IMG/VR virus record: IMGVR_UViG_3300029305_006500
Length of the DNA stretch: 64,000 nucleotides
Direction: 5' to 3' (one strand)
From: a virus
Lineage: Duplodnaviria > Caudoviricetes
Shown here: positions 15,974 to 26,100 of the stretch, one piece after another
How positions within the stretch are numbered: the first letter of the stretch is position 1
Layout: each line of letters starts with the position of its first letter
Program-made: the position numbers and the translations under genes
Notes under the pieces: generated by a model
Told to the model about the DNA's origin: nothing
The model's database searches: none
Seen by the model: only the letters and a program-made list of their open reading frames with translations

Positions 15974-16049
15974 ACACTTTTAGCTCAGCTGGAAGAGCGG
16001 CCCTCTCCTAAAGGGCAGGTCGTTGGTTCAAGTCCAATAAGGTGTGCCA
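15974..16049 (+). tRNA. trnR: tRNA-Arg(CCT)
   Basis: Loop CTCCTAA, GCCA end. Confidence 0.9.
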
Positions 16050-16053
16050 ATAT

Positions 16054-16130
16054 GCGTCCTTAGCTCAGCGTATAGTAGCAACGGTTTTCTAAACCGTAGG
16101 TCCTAGGTTAGAATCCTAGAGGGCGTGCCA
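16054..16130 (+). tRNA. trnR: tRNA-Arg(TCT)
   Basis: ACGGT-TTTCTAA-ACCGT arm, GCCA end. Confidence 0.85.
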
Positions 16131-16233
16131 AAGATGCTGGCGTTTTAGGTAAAAAGTGTGAATGCTAGGAACTTTGGGTGTATAGTTTTCTAACCCTCCG
16201 AGTCAGCATCTTATTCTTTTTAAGGAGTTTATT

Positions 16234-16446
16234 ATGAAAGTTTATGAAGTAGAATTTCATTATGGAAGAAATACTTATGAATTTCTGTCAGACCTTGATC
16301 TTGAAGTAGGTAAAACTTATAGACTTACTAATGATTTAGGACATACATATAAAAGTAGAGCGATTATTTTAGATAAAAAAGATGTTTCCGTATTCTCTGG
16401 TACAATGCGAGAAATTGTAGATGCTGATGAGGAAATGCCATGGTAA
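16234..16446 (+). CDS. Hypothetical protein (70 aa)
   Basis: AAGGAG RBS. Confidence 0.7.
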   Translation: MKVYEVEFHYGRNTYEFLSDLDLEVGKTYRLTNDLGHTYKSRAIILDKKDVSVFSGTMREIVDADEEMPW

Positions 16447-16484
16447 GTGATTAAAATATAAAAAATATATTGTATAATAAAATA

Positions 16485-16759
16485 GAGCCAATACTTATTT
16501 CTTAGATATTTTGGGTATATATTTTAAAAGTTTGGCCAAATATTATGCTAAATAAAATAGAGCTTGTGCTTATTTCGTACATATTATAGAAAATTTTAAA
16601 AAGGGTATAGCCAAGCCAAATTATTTAAACGTAGAGCTTATGCTTATTTCTTAATGCAGGTGCCGACATGTCGGCAGAAAAATCAGCTAAGCCTTATATA
16701 GAGTCTATGCTTATTTCTTTTGACTTAAATTATATAATAGATAGTGTGATAGCTAGACC
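16485..16759 (+). repeat. Tandem array of four minimal Y-RNA-like stem units (16485-16537, 16560-16617, 16634-16693, 16701-16759)
   Basis: Each unit is GAG-N4-T-RCT-TATTTC...AGY-N4'-CC with compensatory stem changes; TGTATAAT promoter at 16471. Confidence 0.75.
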
Positions 16760-16771
16760 ATAATTTAATAC

Positions 16772-16848
16772 TGCGGAGTGGAGCAGTCTGGTAGCTCGTC
16801 GGCCTCATAAGCCGAAGGTCGTTGGTTCGAATCCAACCTCTCGCGTCC
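16772..16848 (+). tRNA. Initiator-like tRNA-Met(CAT) with irregular 3' end
   Basis: fMet-like 5' sequence TGCGGAGTGGAGCAGTCTGGTAGCTCG; loop CTCATAA; extra T in the acceptor 3' strand; no complete CCA. Confidence 0.7.
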
Positions 16849-16923
16849 GCTGGCATGGCGCAATGGTAGCGCACCTCACTTGTAATGAGGTGGTTGTGGG
16901 TTCGACTCCCTCTGCCAGCTCCA
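16849..16923 (+). tRNA. trnT: tRNA-Thr(TGT)
   Basis: Loop CTTGTAA, TCCA end. Confidence 0.9.
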
Positions 16924-16931
16924 ATTTTTTT

Positions 16932-16964
16932 AGGATTAAGTTGTAAAAACTTAATCTTTTTTTT
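16932..16964 (+). terminator. Terminator ending the tRNA island
   Basis: AGGATTAAGTT/AACTTAATCTT stem plus T tract. Confidence 0.75.
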
Positions 16965-16978
16965 ATTATCAATAATAC

Positions 16979-16987
16979 GCTAAATTA
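16979..16987 (+). promoter_or_regulatory. GCTAAATTA candidate phage late-promoter motif
   Basis: Same 9-mer in intergenic gaps at 255, 4084, 9209, 11784, 16979, 18068, 32140, 39316, 61804 and 63790. Confidence 0.6.
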
Positions 16988-17050
16988 AATAGACAGATTG
17001 CTTTTACGCTCTCTGTGCAAAATATCTAATTTAAGGGAGCGTATACGCCA

Positions 17051-17623
17051 ATGGAAAACTTAGGAGGAACAATTTTAGCTACAGTAATTTCTGTAGTAGT
17101 TACTCTGGTTGTAACTCTTGTTTTTAATAAACTAGTTGCAATACCAAAAGTGAGAAGACAACAAGAGGAAGGAGAGCGTCAAGAGCGTGAAGCAATGAAA
17201 CAAGACATAAATGAACTAAAAGCTAAGACCTGTGAATTACAAGTGGCGATTGATGCTTTACCTGGATATCGAGCTCAAAGCTTACAAATTCAGTCAGAAC
17301 TTAGGAATGCAGATAATGCAATAATTGACGCTTGTTCTGCTATTAAAGATAGTATTGAACGGCTAGAACATAGAGAAAGAAATGCTCTTCGTATGAAGAT
17401 ACTAGCTGAATATCGTTTATTTACAGATACACATAAAAATCCAATGAAAGCTTGGACCGAAATGGAACATCACGCTTTCTTTGAAGTAGTACGAGATTAT
17501 GAAGCACTTAATGGTAATGATTACGTACATTCTACCGTATTGCCTGCAATGAACGAATTAAATATTATTCTTATGGAAGACCATGCAGGGTTAGCTAAAC
17601 TTATGGCGAGTCGCCAAATGTAA
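17051..17623 (+). CDS. Membrane-anchored coiled-coil protein (lysis-module associated)
   Basis: N-terminal transmembrane helix, coiled coil, adjacent to the holin. Confidence 0.7.
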   Translation: MENLGGTILATVISVVVTLVVTLVFNKLVAIPKVRRQQEEGERQEREAMKQDINELKAKTCELQVAIDALPGYRAQSLQIQSELRNADNAIIDACSAIKDSIERLEHRERNALRMKILAEYRLFTDTHKNPMKAWTEMEHHAFFEVVRDYEALNGNDYVHSTVLPAMNELNIILMEDHAGLAKLMASRQM

Positions 17624-17650
17624 TAAGATTAAGGTAGGTTTGAAGAAAGG

Positions 17651-18001
17651 ATGTTAGATTTTTTGAATATTGCTAATGAAGTTGTTGTATTAATTACTGG
17701 GCTTCTTGGTTTAATTGGTACAGGAGTAAGTGTCTATTTTGCAATTAAAAATTGGATAAAAGCCATGAAAGAAAAGACCAGCAAAGAGCAGTGGGCACTC
17801 ATTATGGAAATGGCAGATGCGGCTATGACTGAAGCAGAAGCTTCAAAGGCATCTAGTGAAACTAAAAAACAAATGGTACTAGATTCTATTTCAGCAGCTA
17901 TGAAAGCCGCAAATATCGACGTGACACAGTTTACAGAACAATTAAGTGATTATATAGACCAGACTATTGCTTTTGTAAATAAGATGAAAGCTAAACATTA
18001 A
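17651..18001 (+). CDS. Putative holin (LL-H-like)
   Basis: One N-terminal TM helix, then ADAAMTEAEASKASSETKKQMV pattern. Confidence 0.65.
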   Translation: MLDFLNIANEVVVLITGLLGLIGTGVSVYFAIKNWIKAMKEKTSKEQWALIMEMADAAMTEAEASKASSETKKQMVLDSISAAMKAANIDVTQFTEQLSDYIDQTIAFVNKMKAKH

Positions 18002-18019
18002 ATTTTCACAACAAAAAAA

Positions 18020-18054
18020 AATAACCTTGTATTTTTAGTACAAGGTTATTTTTT
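18020..18054 (+). terminator. Terminator
   Basis: AATAACCTTGTA/TACAAGGTTATT stem plus T tract. Confidence 0.75.
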
Positions 18055-18106
18055 ATTAAATTTATATGCTAAATTATTTGATTGATTATGAAAGGGTGTA
18101 TAACAT

Positions 18107-18562
18107 ATGAGTAAGATGTTTGATAGCTATAGCGGAGTAACTCCTAATGATTGTTTAAATTGGTATTATCCAATAGAATCTTCTATAGATTCCTCTAGTA
18201 ATTTAAAAGCTTTATATGATAAAAAACATCGGTTTTATGGCGTAGAAGCAAAACATTTAATGCCATTTAGCTTATATTTTCATTTAACAGAGGCTACTGA
18301 ACAAACGTTAGACCAGTTTATGGCAGAATGTGGTGTTGAATTTAATATTTGCACTAAGCCCTACGGAAAACCAGTTATTACAAAAGTACTTTCTGGTAAA
18401 GAAGTGTTTAATACTTATCTGCAAGATATTAAAATTGATATAAGTCAAGAAGAAGCTCAACTATTAAATCAAGAAACTTATAGTATTATTATCAAGCTTA
18501 TGCATACAACTAGTACTTATATTATACATTCCGAGCGTGACAGTGTGCTTGTTATTCGATAA
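18107..18562 (+). CDS. Hypothetical (virion module) protein
   Basis: First ORF of the long structural operon. Confidence 0.7.
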   Translation: MSKMFDSYSGVTPNDCLNWYYPIESSIDSSSNLKALYDKKHRFYGVEAKHLMPFSLYFHLTEATEQTLDQFMAECGVEFNICTKPYGKPVITKVLSGKEVFNTYLQDIKIDISQEEAQLLNQETYSIIIKLMHTTSTYIIHSERDSVLVIR

Positions 18563-18577
18563 AAGGAGATTAGCTAA

Positions 18578-19201
18578 ATGAATGCATTAGATATTAAAGC
18601 TAAACTAATTGTTCAGCCTACTAGAATAATTAAAGCTAATGAGATATTACAAATAACACGTGGTGGAAGTGCTATCTTAAACTTTAATTATAGTGATAAA
18701 ACTTATACCTATGATAATACTGACCAGCTTACTTTTATGCTAAAACAAGGTAGTACTATTTATTGGTACAAAATGTTTACTTATTTGAAACCAACAGCTG
18801 ATTTAAGAGCAATTCCAGGAAAAAACTATTATACGAATGTAAGCCGACCTGCTAATAGCTTTAAATGTAGAGCTACTCAAGTTTGGCCAAAGACCGAGGA
18901 AAGCCCAGCTGACCTAGGGTATTATGAAGAGACTGATGGTAATTGCAGTTGGAGAGATACAGAGTATTTAATAGATGAACGTTTTTACTATGAGAATCTA
19001 ACTGATATGGAAACTGTGTCTTTAATTTTACATCCAGAAGATACTCTACAATTTAAAGCTAAATCAGGTAAGCATATGAGTTTTGAAGTAGCAGTTAGAT
19101 TAAATACAGATACTCTACAGAGTTTTGCTTATAAGGACACAGTTATTATAGAGCCTCAAGCAAACATAATTGTTACTGATAGCTTATTTAGCCAAATTTG
19201 A
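18578..19201 (+). CDS. Hypothetical virion protein
   Basis: AGGAG RBS; shares ITRG...L-x-PEDTL motifs with the next gene. Confidence 0.7.
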   Translation: MNALDIKAKLIVQPTRIIKANEILQITRGGSAILNFNYSDKTYTYDNTDQLTFMLKQGSTIYWYKMFTYLKPTADLRAIPGKNYYTNVSRPANSFKCRATQVWPKTEESPADLGYYEETDGNCSWRDTEYLIDERFYYENLTDMETVSLILHPEDTLQFKAKSGKHMSFEVAVRLNTDTLQSFAYKDTVIIEPQANIIVTDSLFSQI

Positions 19202-19211
19202 GGAGGATAAA

Positions 19212-19601
19212 ATGAACACTACTCAAAATAATATTATAGTAATTACTCGTGGTGACAGCTTAGAGTTCAAGCTTGCTCCTATGACACTAGGAGAATATCT
19301 AAAATATGAGCTTAAAGGCGATGATACTTTATACTTTGGACTTATGGACCCCGGACAACCTTTTGAGGAGGCACTTGTACGTAAAGTTTATACAGTAGAC
19401 GACTTTGCAACTATAGAAGACTTTGTGCTTGAGCTTGACCCAGAAGATACTTTAGACTTGATTCCAGGAAAATATTTTTATGCTTTAAAGCTTCATATAG
19501 ACCACACTGAAGCAGGTACACCTGAAACTAATTATTTGCCCACTGAAATAGATAAGGTAATAACCTTAGTTAATAAGACAAAATTTATTATAAATGATTA
19601 A
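19212..19601 (+). CDS. Baseplate-upper-like Ig-fold protein
   Basis: GAGGAGG RBS; ITRGDSLEF...LDPEDTLDLIPGKYFYALKL pattern. Confidence 0.6.
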   Translation: MNTTQNNIIVITRGDSLEFKLAPMTLGEYLKYELKGDDTLYFGLMDPGQPFEEALVRKVYTVDDFATIEDFVLELDPEDTLDLIPGKYFYALKLHIDHTEAGTPETNYLPTEIDKVITLVNKTKFIIND

Positions 19602-19615
19602 TATTAGGAGGATTT

Positions 19616-21571
19616 ATGGCAACAGGAACAACAAATCCTATGACCTACCAAAATGGTATTACAACGGTTGCAGATCATACCCACAGCGTGGATGAAATTA
19701 CCGGTTTAGCTAGCCAATTAGATAAAATACAAGCAACTGAGTCTTTGTTAGGTCAAGTTGAACGACTACTTGCTACTTGTGATAACTTATTATCCGCTAG
19801 CGGTTATGCAACTAAAGAAGAAGTAATTTTAATTGAACAATATACTGCAGATATACAAAATATACAAGCTCAGCTTGATTCCATTCTCAAAGAAGATGTT
19901 GAAGATGGGCTTAATAGTTTAAAAGAGAATCAAGTAACTTTACAGGCTGCAGTTGCTGAGTTACAATTAAAAATAAATACTGCCTATGATGCTGCAAATG
20001 CAGTTATGGAGCTTTATAAGGTAGCAGAAGGAAATACTGCTGGGGAGCTTCAAAAGCTAAATGAGGCTATCGTTGAAATAAAAAAGATAATTGATGGCGA
20101 TGGTACTGAAGAATTTCCTGGTTTAATTCCTAATGATACGCTTAATGCAGAAAATCTAGCTAAGATAGATGAAAGGCTTGTTACTGCTGAAGCAGATATT
20201 CTAAATTTAAAAGGTGCAGATACCGAACAGGCAAGTTTACTTGTGCAATTAGACACAGTAGTAAAACAATATCTACCTTCTGAGGAAAATGGTGAAGGTG
20301 AAATAAAACAAACTACAGACCTTCTTCAGAGTACAATCCCTACAGAATTGGTCATTAACAGAGTGGATGCGGTCGATGAGCCTACAGCACCTGTCTCCGA
20401 GGAGCCTTCTGGCGAAGATCCAGTAGAGGAAATTAACACTGACACCTACTTGGATTATACTTTAACTTTTAATAATAACGAAGGTGAGCAAAAATTTTCA
20501 GCAAACTTAGATTTAACTTCCGATATTAATAGTTATTTAGCGTATGTATTTGCACAATTTGTTAGTCAGCATAATACTTTTACACCCACTGAGACTGGAT
20601 TGAATTCAAGATTGGCCTTTGTAGAAGGTCGTCTAAGTAATTTAACGCAGTATGTGGCACACATGGCAAATTATCATAATTTTATCATAAAAGATATTTA
20701 TTTTTATTTTGCAAATGATGTAGACGGAACGGATCCTACCGCTTTGAAATATTTGCCTATACCAACAGACCCTACCCCTGATGAAGACTTAGATGTTCAG
20801 GCAAGTTTCGTTAATATTATTCCTAATTTCCCAGATTCTGCTAGAATGGATAATAAAATTTATAGCCCAGCAGAACTAGTAAATAAGAATTTTTATGTTA
20901 TTTTTGAAACTTCTTATCCAATTGATCTATCTGACGGTAAAGTAAGTTTGGGTTTCCCAGACTTCCAAGAAAATAGTGTAATATATACTGCACCAAATGG
21001 CCACTTTAGATGTGCTAGATTGGGTATTCCCGACTTATCTCATGCTACTTATGTTTTATATGCAGATATTAATAATGAAACCAAGAAACTAACACCATTC
21101 ACTTTTGGAACCGGTACTTTTGGCAACAACTTTACAACAGAAGGAACATATGAATTTATGCTCAAAGTAACAGACCCCTATAATCCTAATACAACAGCTT
21201 TAAAAACAAAGCAAATAACAATTGGATATCCGATATATCGTGGAATTTATGCAGAAACTACCTTGCCGGTAGAAGGACTAAGCCTAGATACTTTTAGTTT
21301 ACAACACACAGAGTTAAATTCTCCTGCTACTACTATTGACTGGGCTGACTATAATGTAGATGATATCGCTAAGTATTATTACTATTTAGTACCTAGTATT
21401 CTACTACCAACAGGCAGCACCTTGGTCTTTAATACTGGCTATGGACCAGGCGGCTGGGAAACAGAAAATCCTCAAATAATAAAAATTAATAATATAGATT
21501 ACACAGTATTCCGTACTTCTTATAAGATAACTTATTGCCCAAGTACTATGGTTACTGTAAAAAGCGTTTAA
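19616..21571 (+). CDS. Coiled-coil virion/fibre protein (651 aa)
   Basis: HTHSVDEITGL repeat motif, coiled coil, beta-rich C-terminus. Confidence 0.7.
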   Translation: MATGTTNPMTYQNGITTVADHTHSVDEITGLASQLDKIQATESLLGQVERLLATCDNLLSASGYATKEEVILIEQYTADIQNIQAQLDSILKEDVEDGLNSLKENQVTLQAAVAELQLKINTAYDAANAVMELYKVAEGNTAGELQKLNEAIVEIKKIIDGDGTEEFPGLIPNDTLNAENLAKIDERLVTAEADILNLKGADTEQASLLVQLDTVVKQYLPSEENGEGEIKQTTDLLQSTIPTELVINRVDAVDEPTAPVSEEPSGEDPVEEINTDTYLDYTLTFNNNEGEQKFSANLDLTSDINSYLAYVFAQFVSQHNTFTPTETGLNSRLAFVEGRLSNLTQYVAHMANYHNFIIKDIYFYFANDVDGTDPTALKYLPIPTDPTPDEDLDVQASFVNIIPNFPDSARMDNKIYSPAELVNKNFYVIFETSYPIDLSDGKVSLGFPDFQENSVIYTAPNGHFRCARLGIPDLSHATYVLYADINNETKKLTPFTFGTGTFGNNFTTEGTYEFMLKVTDPYNPNTTALKTKQITIGYPIYRGIYAETTLPVEGLSLDTFSLQHTELNSPATTIDWADYNVDDIAKYYYYLVPSILLPTGSTLVFNTGYGPGGWETENPQIIKINNIDYTVFRTSYKITYCPSTMVTVKSV

Positions 21572-21585
21572 GGAGGAATTAATAA

Positions 21586-23094
21586 ATGTCAACAATAAAA
21601 GTAATTGCTCCGCTATCACCCGCAGGTGAGTTTCCGATAGCAGATGCGAATAATATTAGCTTGGGCTCTGGTGGCAATACACCAAAGTCCGGCTCTGTTG
21701 CTGCAGCGGTATCGGAGCTGCAGCAGGAACTAGGAATTACCGCTGGTGTAGAAGGGTCAGTCTCCGCTAAATTAGATTATGTTAAAGATAATTTAGATTC
21801 AAAGACCTCAACTACTGAGATTACCGATACAATTAATGAGGCGCTTACTGAACTTAAGAGTCTTTTAGGAAATACTACAGATAACCCAAGTCTTTTTACT
21901 GCGCTTAAAGATCTTGCTGATGATCTGAATACGTTACAAGAATATATTGGCAGAGACACCACAGAGGGATTAACAAAAGTTTTAGATACTATCTATACTA
22001 GAACAGGTACACTTGTAGAATGTTTGGGTGACACCGATGAAGGTATTATTGGATACATTAATGCTATGGTTTCAAGTATTGACAGTCTCCTAACAAAATT
22101 TGAAAGCTCTATAAGTAGTACGAATGCAAATTTTAGCTCATTAACTGAGAATCTTTTAAACAAATTCGGTAGCTTTGAAAGTGCCGTGAATGAAAGTCTT
22201 GACTCCTTAACTAATACAGTCTCAGATATAGTTGAAGATAATGAAGGTGTGTTATTAGCAGCTTTGGGAGTATCAGGAGACGAAAATGTTAAAGGTTTAA
22301 TAGACAATCTTACGGGTAAGGTGGATACTTTAACTGATTCTGTGGGAACAGATGTAAGCAGCGCAGTAGGAACTATTAATGCAAATCTTGGTACCTATGA
22401 CGAAGGTAAAAATGTTAAGACAACTATCGAGGACGAAAGCAATAGCATTAAAGAAGCTCTGTCAGATTTGAGATCTCATATGAATACTATGCTACCTCCT
22501 ACATTAGACGTAGAGCATAGTGGTGGCGATTCCGTGTATCAATATAACCTAGCTCTGGACTTGACGATCACAGCAAAGGTAAATCGTCCCCTTGAAGATC
22601 CATTGGCACTTTATATTAATGGCACTCCAATTGAGTATGATGAGCACTATGGCTTCAACGGCAGCACTTATCGTGCTTCATGGCAAGTGACATGCCCAGA
22701 TAAAACCGCTTTGCCTTATAAAGCGCAAGCTACAGTTCAGATAGTCAATAAAAATGATTCCAGACTGGTTTATAATGAAAAGGTAGTAAACTGTACCTTT
22801 GGTGCTATGATTTATACTTGGGTAGGAACTAAAAACAATATTATTCCAGGAACAGGTAGTCAGACCCAAAATAAGCTGTCTGCGGGTCATCCAGGTAATA
22901 TAAGCTTTATTTGCACAGACCAGTATTGCTATTATGCCTGCCCTGTAAGTTATGGTGAGCCTACTTTTTCTGTAGGTGGCCAGGTTGGTGGTTTTACTCG
23001 GCTAACTGAAACACAAATGATTGGAGAACTGTCGTATAATATATATAGATCAAACCAAGCACAACTTAATAGTGTTACGGTTAATATTAAGTAA
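21586..23094 (+). CDS. Coiled-coil virion/fibre protein (502 aa)
   Basis: Helical repeats; C-terminal YCYYACP...GGF...YNIYRS domain. Confidence 0.7.
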   Translation: MSTIKVIAPLSPAGEFPIADANNISLGSGGNTPKSGSVAAAVSELQQELGITAGVEGSVSAKLDYVKDNLDSKTSTTEITDTINEALTELKSLLGNTTDNPSLFTALKDLADDLNTLQEYIGRDTTEGLTKVLDTIYTRTGTLVECLGDTDEGIIGYINAMVSSIDSLLTKFESSISSTNANFSSLTENLLNKFGSFESAVNESLDSLTNTVSDIVEDNEGVLLAALGVSGDENVKGLIDNLTGKVDTLTDSVGTDVSSAVGTINANLGTYDEGKNVKTTIEDESNSIKEALSDLRSHMNTMLPPTLDVEHSGGDSVYQYNLALDLTITAKVNRPLEDPLALYINGTPIEYDEHYGFNGSTYRASWQVTCPDKTALPYKAQATVQIVNKNDSRLVYNEKVVNCTFGAMIYTWVGTKNNIIPGTGSQTQNKLSAGHPGNISFICTDQYCYYACPVSYGEPTFSVGGQVGGFTRLTETQMIGELSYNIYRSNQAQLNSVTVNIK

Positions 23095-23108
23095 AGGAGA
23101 AATATAAG

Positions 23109-26100
23109 ATGCCAATTAAATTTATTGATTCACTTGAGCCTAATGGCCATTTTGCCTTAGTAAAGTCAGAATCTGTTGGCTATTCGACCACGTACATAAA
23201 CGAGACTGGTACTTTAGCACAAATTACTAATACAAAAGATGCCCTAGATGTTTTGTATAGCCGTGTAATGGCCGAACCAGTTTTAAAGTATTTTCAAACT
23301 GATGATGATGAAAGCGAGCCAGGTTTACAAACGATGGCGGTCGAATTTGGCGCAAGTATGGGCTTACCTGTATATGTGCAGACACCCTCTTTAGGAAACT
23401 GGACTTTTACAGTCTATAGAAGACTTCATGGTAGTGGAGACGAATATAAGTTCTATAAAGTATTTTCATTACCTAAAGGTACCACATACATTCCATTAGG
23501 TACTTGCACAGAATACGCAGACTATGACTATAAGTTAGAAATAGTAGATGGGGCCGGTAAAACCGCATATACTCCTTGGTTTGAAGTAGGAAGTACAACT
23601 GTTAAGAAGGCTAGTTTGGAATATAGAATCTATTGTAGTAGCTTATCTTATACACTTAGTCCTACGAATAGTCAGTTAGAGGAAATTTATACTCTCTCTA
23701 ATTTTAACTTAACAAATGTAGCTATTAGCTATAAAGCAGGTATGTCTGGCTATGGAAAGCTATTCTATAAGCTTTATGCACCTGGTGCCACTCTTCCATC
23801 AGCTCTAAGTTTAGATGATTTAAGGAACTGCGACAGTATTACATTAAATAATGATGAACTGATAAACGTAAATAAACTAGTTCGTACTGAAGTTACTTTT
23901 AATATACCAGAAGATACCAATGCGGGTACTAGTACTTTGGTTTCTTGTTTTGTTGTTTCTAGTAGCGCAGAAACCTTTGCAGAAGGCGAAACTTTTATAT
24001 CTGCGTTGCAAACTATGTCATTAGATAGACTAGCTGCTAATGCTACTTCAGTTTCCGCTTTAACTTCTTTTGCAGCAGATGTTTCAACTTCAGATTCTTC
24101 TGGTCTTGACCTGTTGCTTAAAACAACTTTGGCTAACCTAAAATATACTGATACTGTAAAACTAACTGGTAAAATATATTATGAATGTTCTGCAAACGCA
24201 GATTGCTACTATTCGTGGAGCTCTAATAAAATAAATAATGTAATGGAGAACCCGGATGACATTGCACTGAAGTGTATGACAAATAAAACTTGGGAGAAAA
24301 TTTGTACCCCAAATAGAGGTTCTGTTCGTTGGAATATTGCTAGAATAAACTTTCCAGAGGATATAGCTGAAACACAAACACTACTTAATTGTTACTTAAG
24401 TGTAGAAGCAACTTCTGTATCTACATTGCCTACAGACATAGTCCCAGCACCTACGTTTTTTAATTATTTAACTACATTTAGGTTAAATAAACAAGAAGGT
24501 ATTAGTGGCTATATTACTGAAAACTTAGTATTTAACTTTAATACACTTGATTCAAACTCAAATTACAATGCGACAGACTCAAATATAACAGGAACCACTA
24601 TCGCGGCACAAACGTGTTATATAAATGGAGCTGCTAATAATATTGGCTTAAAGTTATATGGTACAACTCAAGGAGCTAGTGGTATAGTAGAAGGTACCGA
24701 GGGCAGTGATACTGCACCACGTTTACGTTTGACTCGAGGAAGTTACGCAATGCTATATAAACGAGGCAGCGGAACTGTACCTCAACCTTTTTCTCCGTGG
24801 TCTATCTTAGCCTCAGCAAATACTACTCAGAAAAGATTTACCTTAGAAGCTTACTTAAAAGTATCTGATTTAGGAGATACCGCTAATAGAGCTCTGACTT
24901 TAATTAATGATAAGAGCAGAACGTCTTCTGATGGTATTAGTATTAGTGCTAATGACATATATGCAAACCTTCAGGGTTATCCTAATAAGGCATACCTCCG
25001 CCCAGATGTTTGGCAGCATGTTGTGGTTGTTGTGGATTCACAAGAGGCCACCGCAAATGCAAAAGAACTAAATCCTTATCCTACTTTGCGTATTTATATA
25101 GATGGCGTGTTATCTAAAATTTCACGTTTTGATGCTAATGCAAGTTCTTTACTTTCTAATATAAGTTCAATGCCACCCCTTGTATTGAACGGTGCTGTCA
25201 ATACAACACAAACAGTAGACTACAATTCTTCTAACACTTCAATTGATAGCTTACCAATTTCTGGAGACGGTGACTGTGAATTTAAAGTTATTCGTATCTA
25301 TGATACTGCTTTAAGCGCTAGTGAAGTATTCCAAAACTTCTTAGATACCAGAGAAGGTAAGGAAGTTATTGACGCTGTTACTGAACGTAATGGAGACGGT
25401 TTAACTAAAATATATTTTGTTGCTAACAACACTCTTCCCTCTCAGGATGCTTTAAACTATGTAACAAACAGCGACCAGTATGAAGAAAGTCTTGTTGATA
25501 GAGCAAAACAAGATTTAGCTCGTTGGGCTGACTATAATGCTCCAAAAAAAGCTACAAAAAAATTAAATCCAACTACTTTCGAAAAACTTAATCAGTTAAC
25601 TGTCAAAGATACAATAGAAAATGAAAACGGTCAAGTAGTACACGGCTCTAAGACTTCATTAGTAAACTGTTCAGTATTTGTGAAAAAAGATGGAGTGGTA
25701 ACTTTATATCACGATGATGTAGATGTGTATTTGCAGGGAACTTCTTCTCTAGCATATCCAGTTAAAAACTATCAGATTAAAATTAATCAACTAATCTTAG
25801 ACCCAAATACTCAAAATTACTCTAGAAGTAAATTGGCAGACTTACCTCCGCTACAAGACGCGTCAACTGGATGGTATACTCCTAGTTCCGTATATACTCT
25901 AAAGTGTGACTTTATGGAGCATTCTCATAGAAATAATACTCCTACGGCTTGTTACTATCAAGATACCGTTCTTGATGGTGTTATTAAAGCTCTTCACGGC
26001 AGTCAGTCTAATTGTTTAGATTATTATAGCCCTGCACGTAGTATAGTAGCACAGGTAACTGTTGGAGACGATTTGAAAGATATTAAGCCTTACCGAGATG

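Noticed and set aside
16054-16130. Possible amber suppressor (CTA) tRNA
   Set aside because: The stem register ACGGT/ACCGT gives loop TTTCTAA, so the anticodon is TCT (Arg)
16485-16759. CRISPR array
   Set aside because: Repeats are non-identical, covary as a stem with the far end of each unit and have irregular spacing; no cas genes in the window
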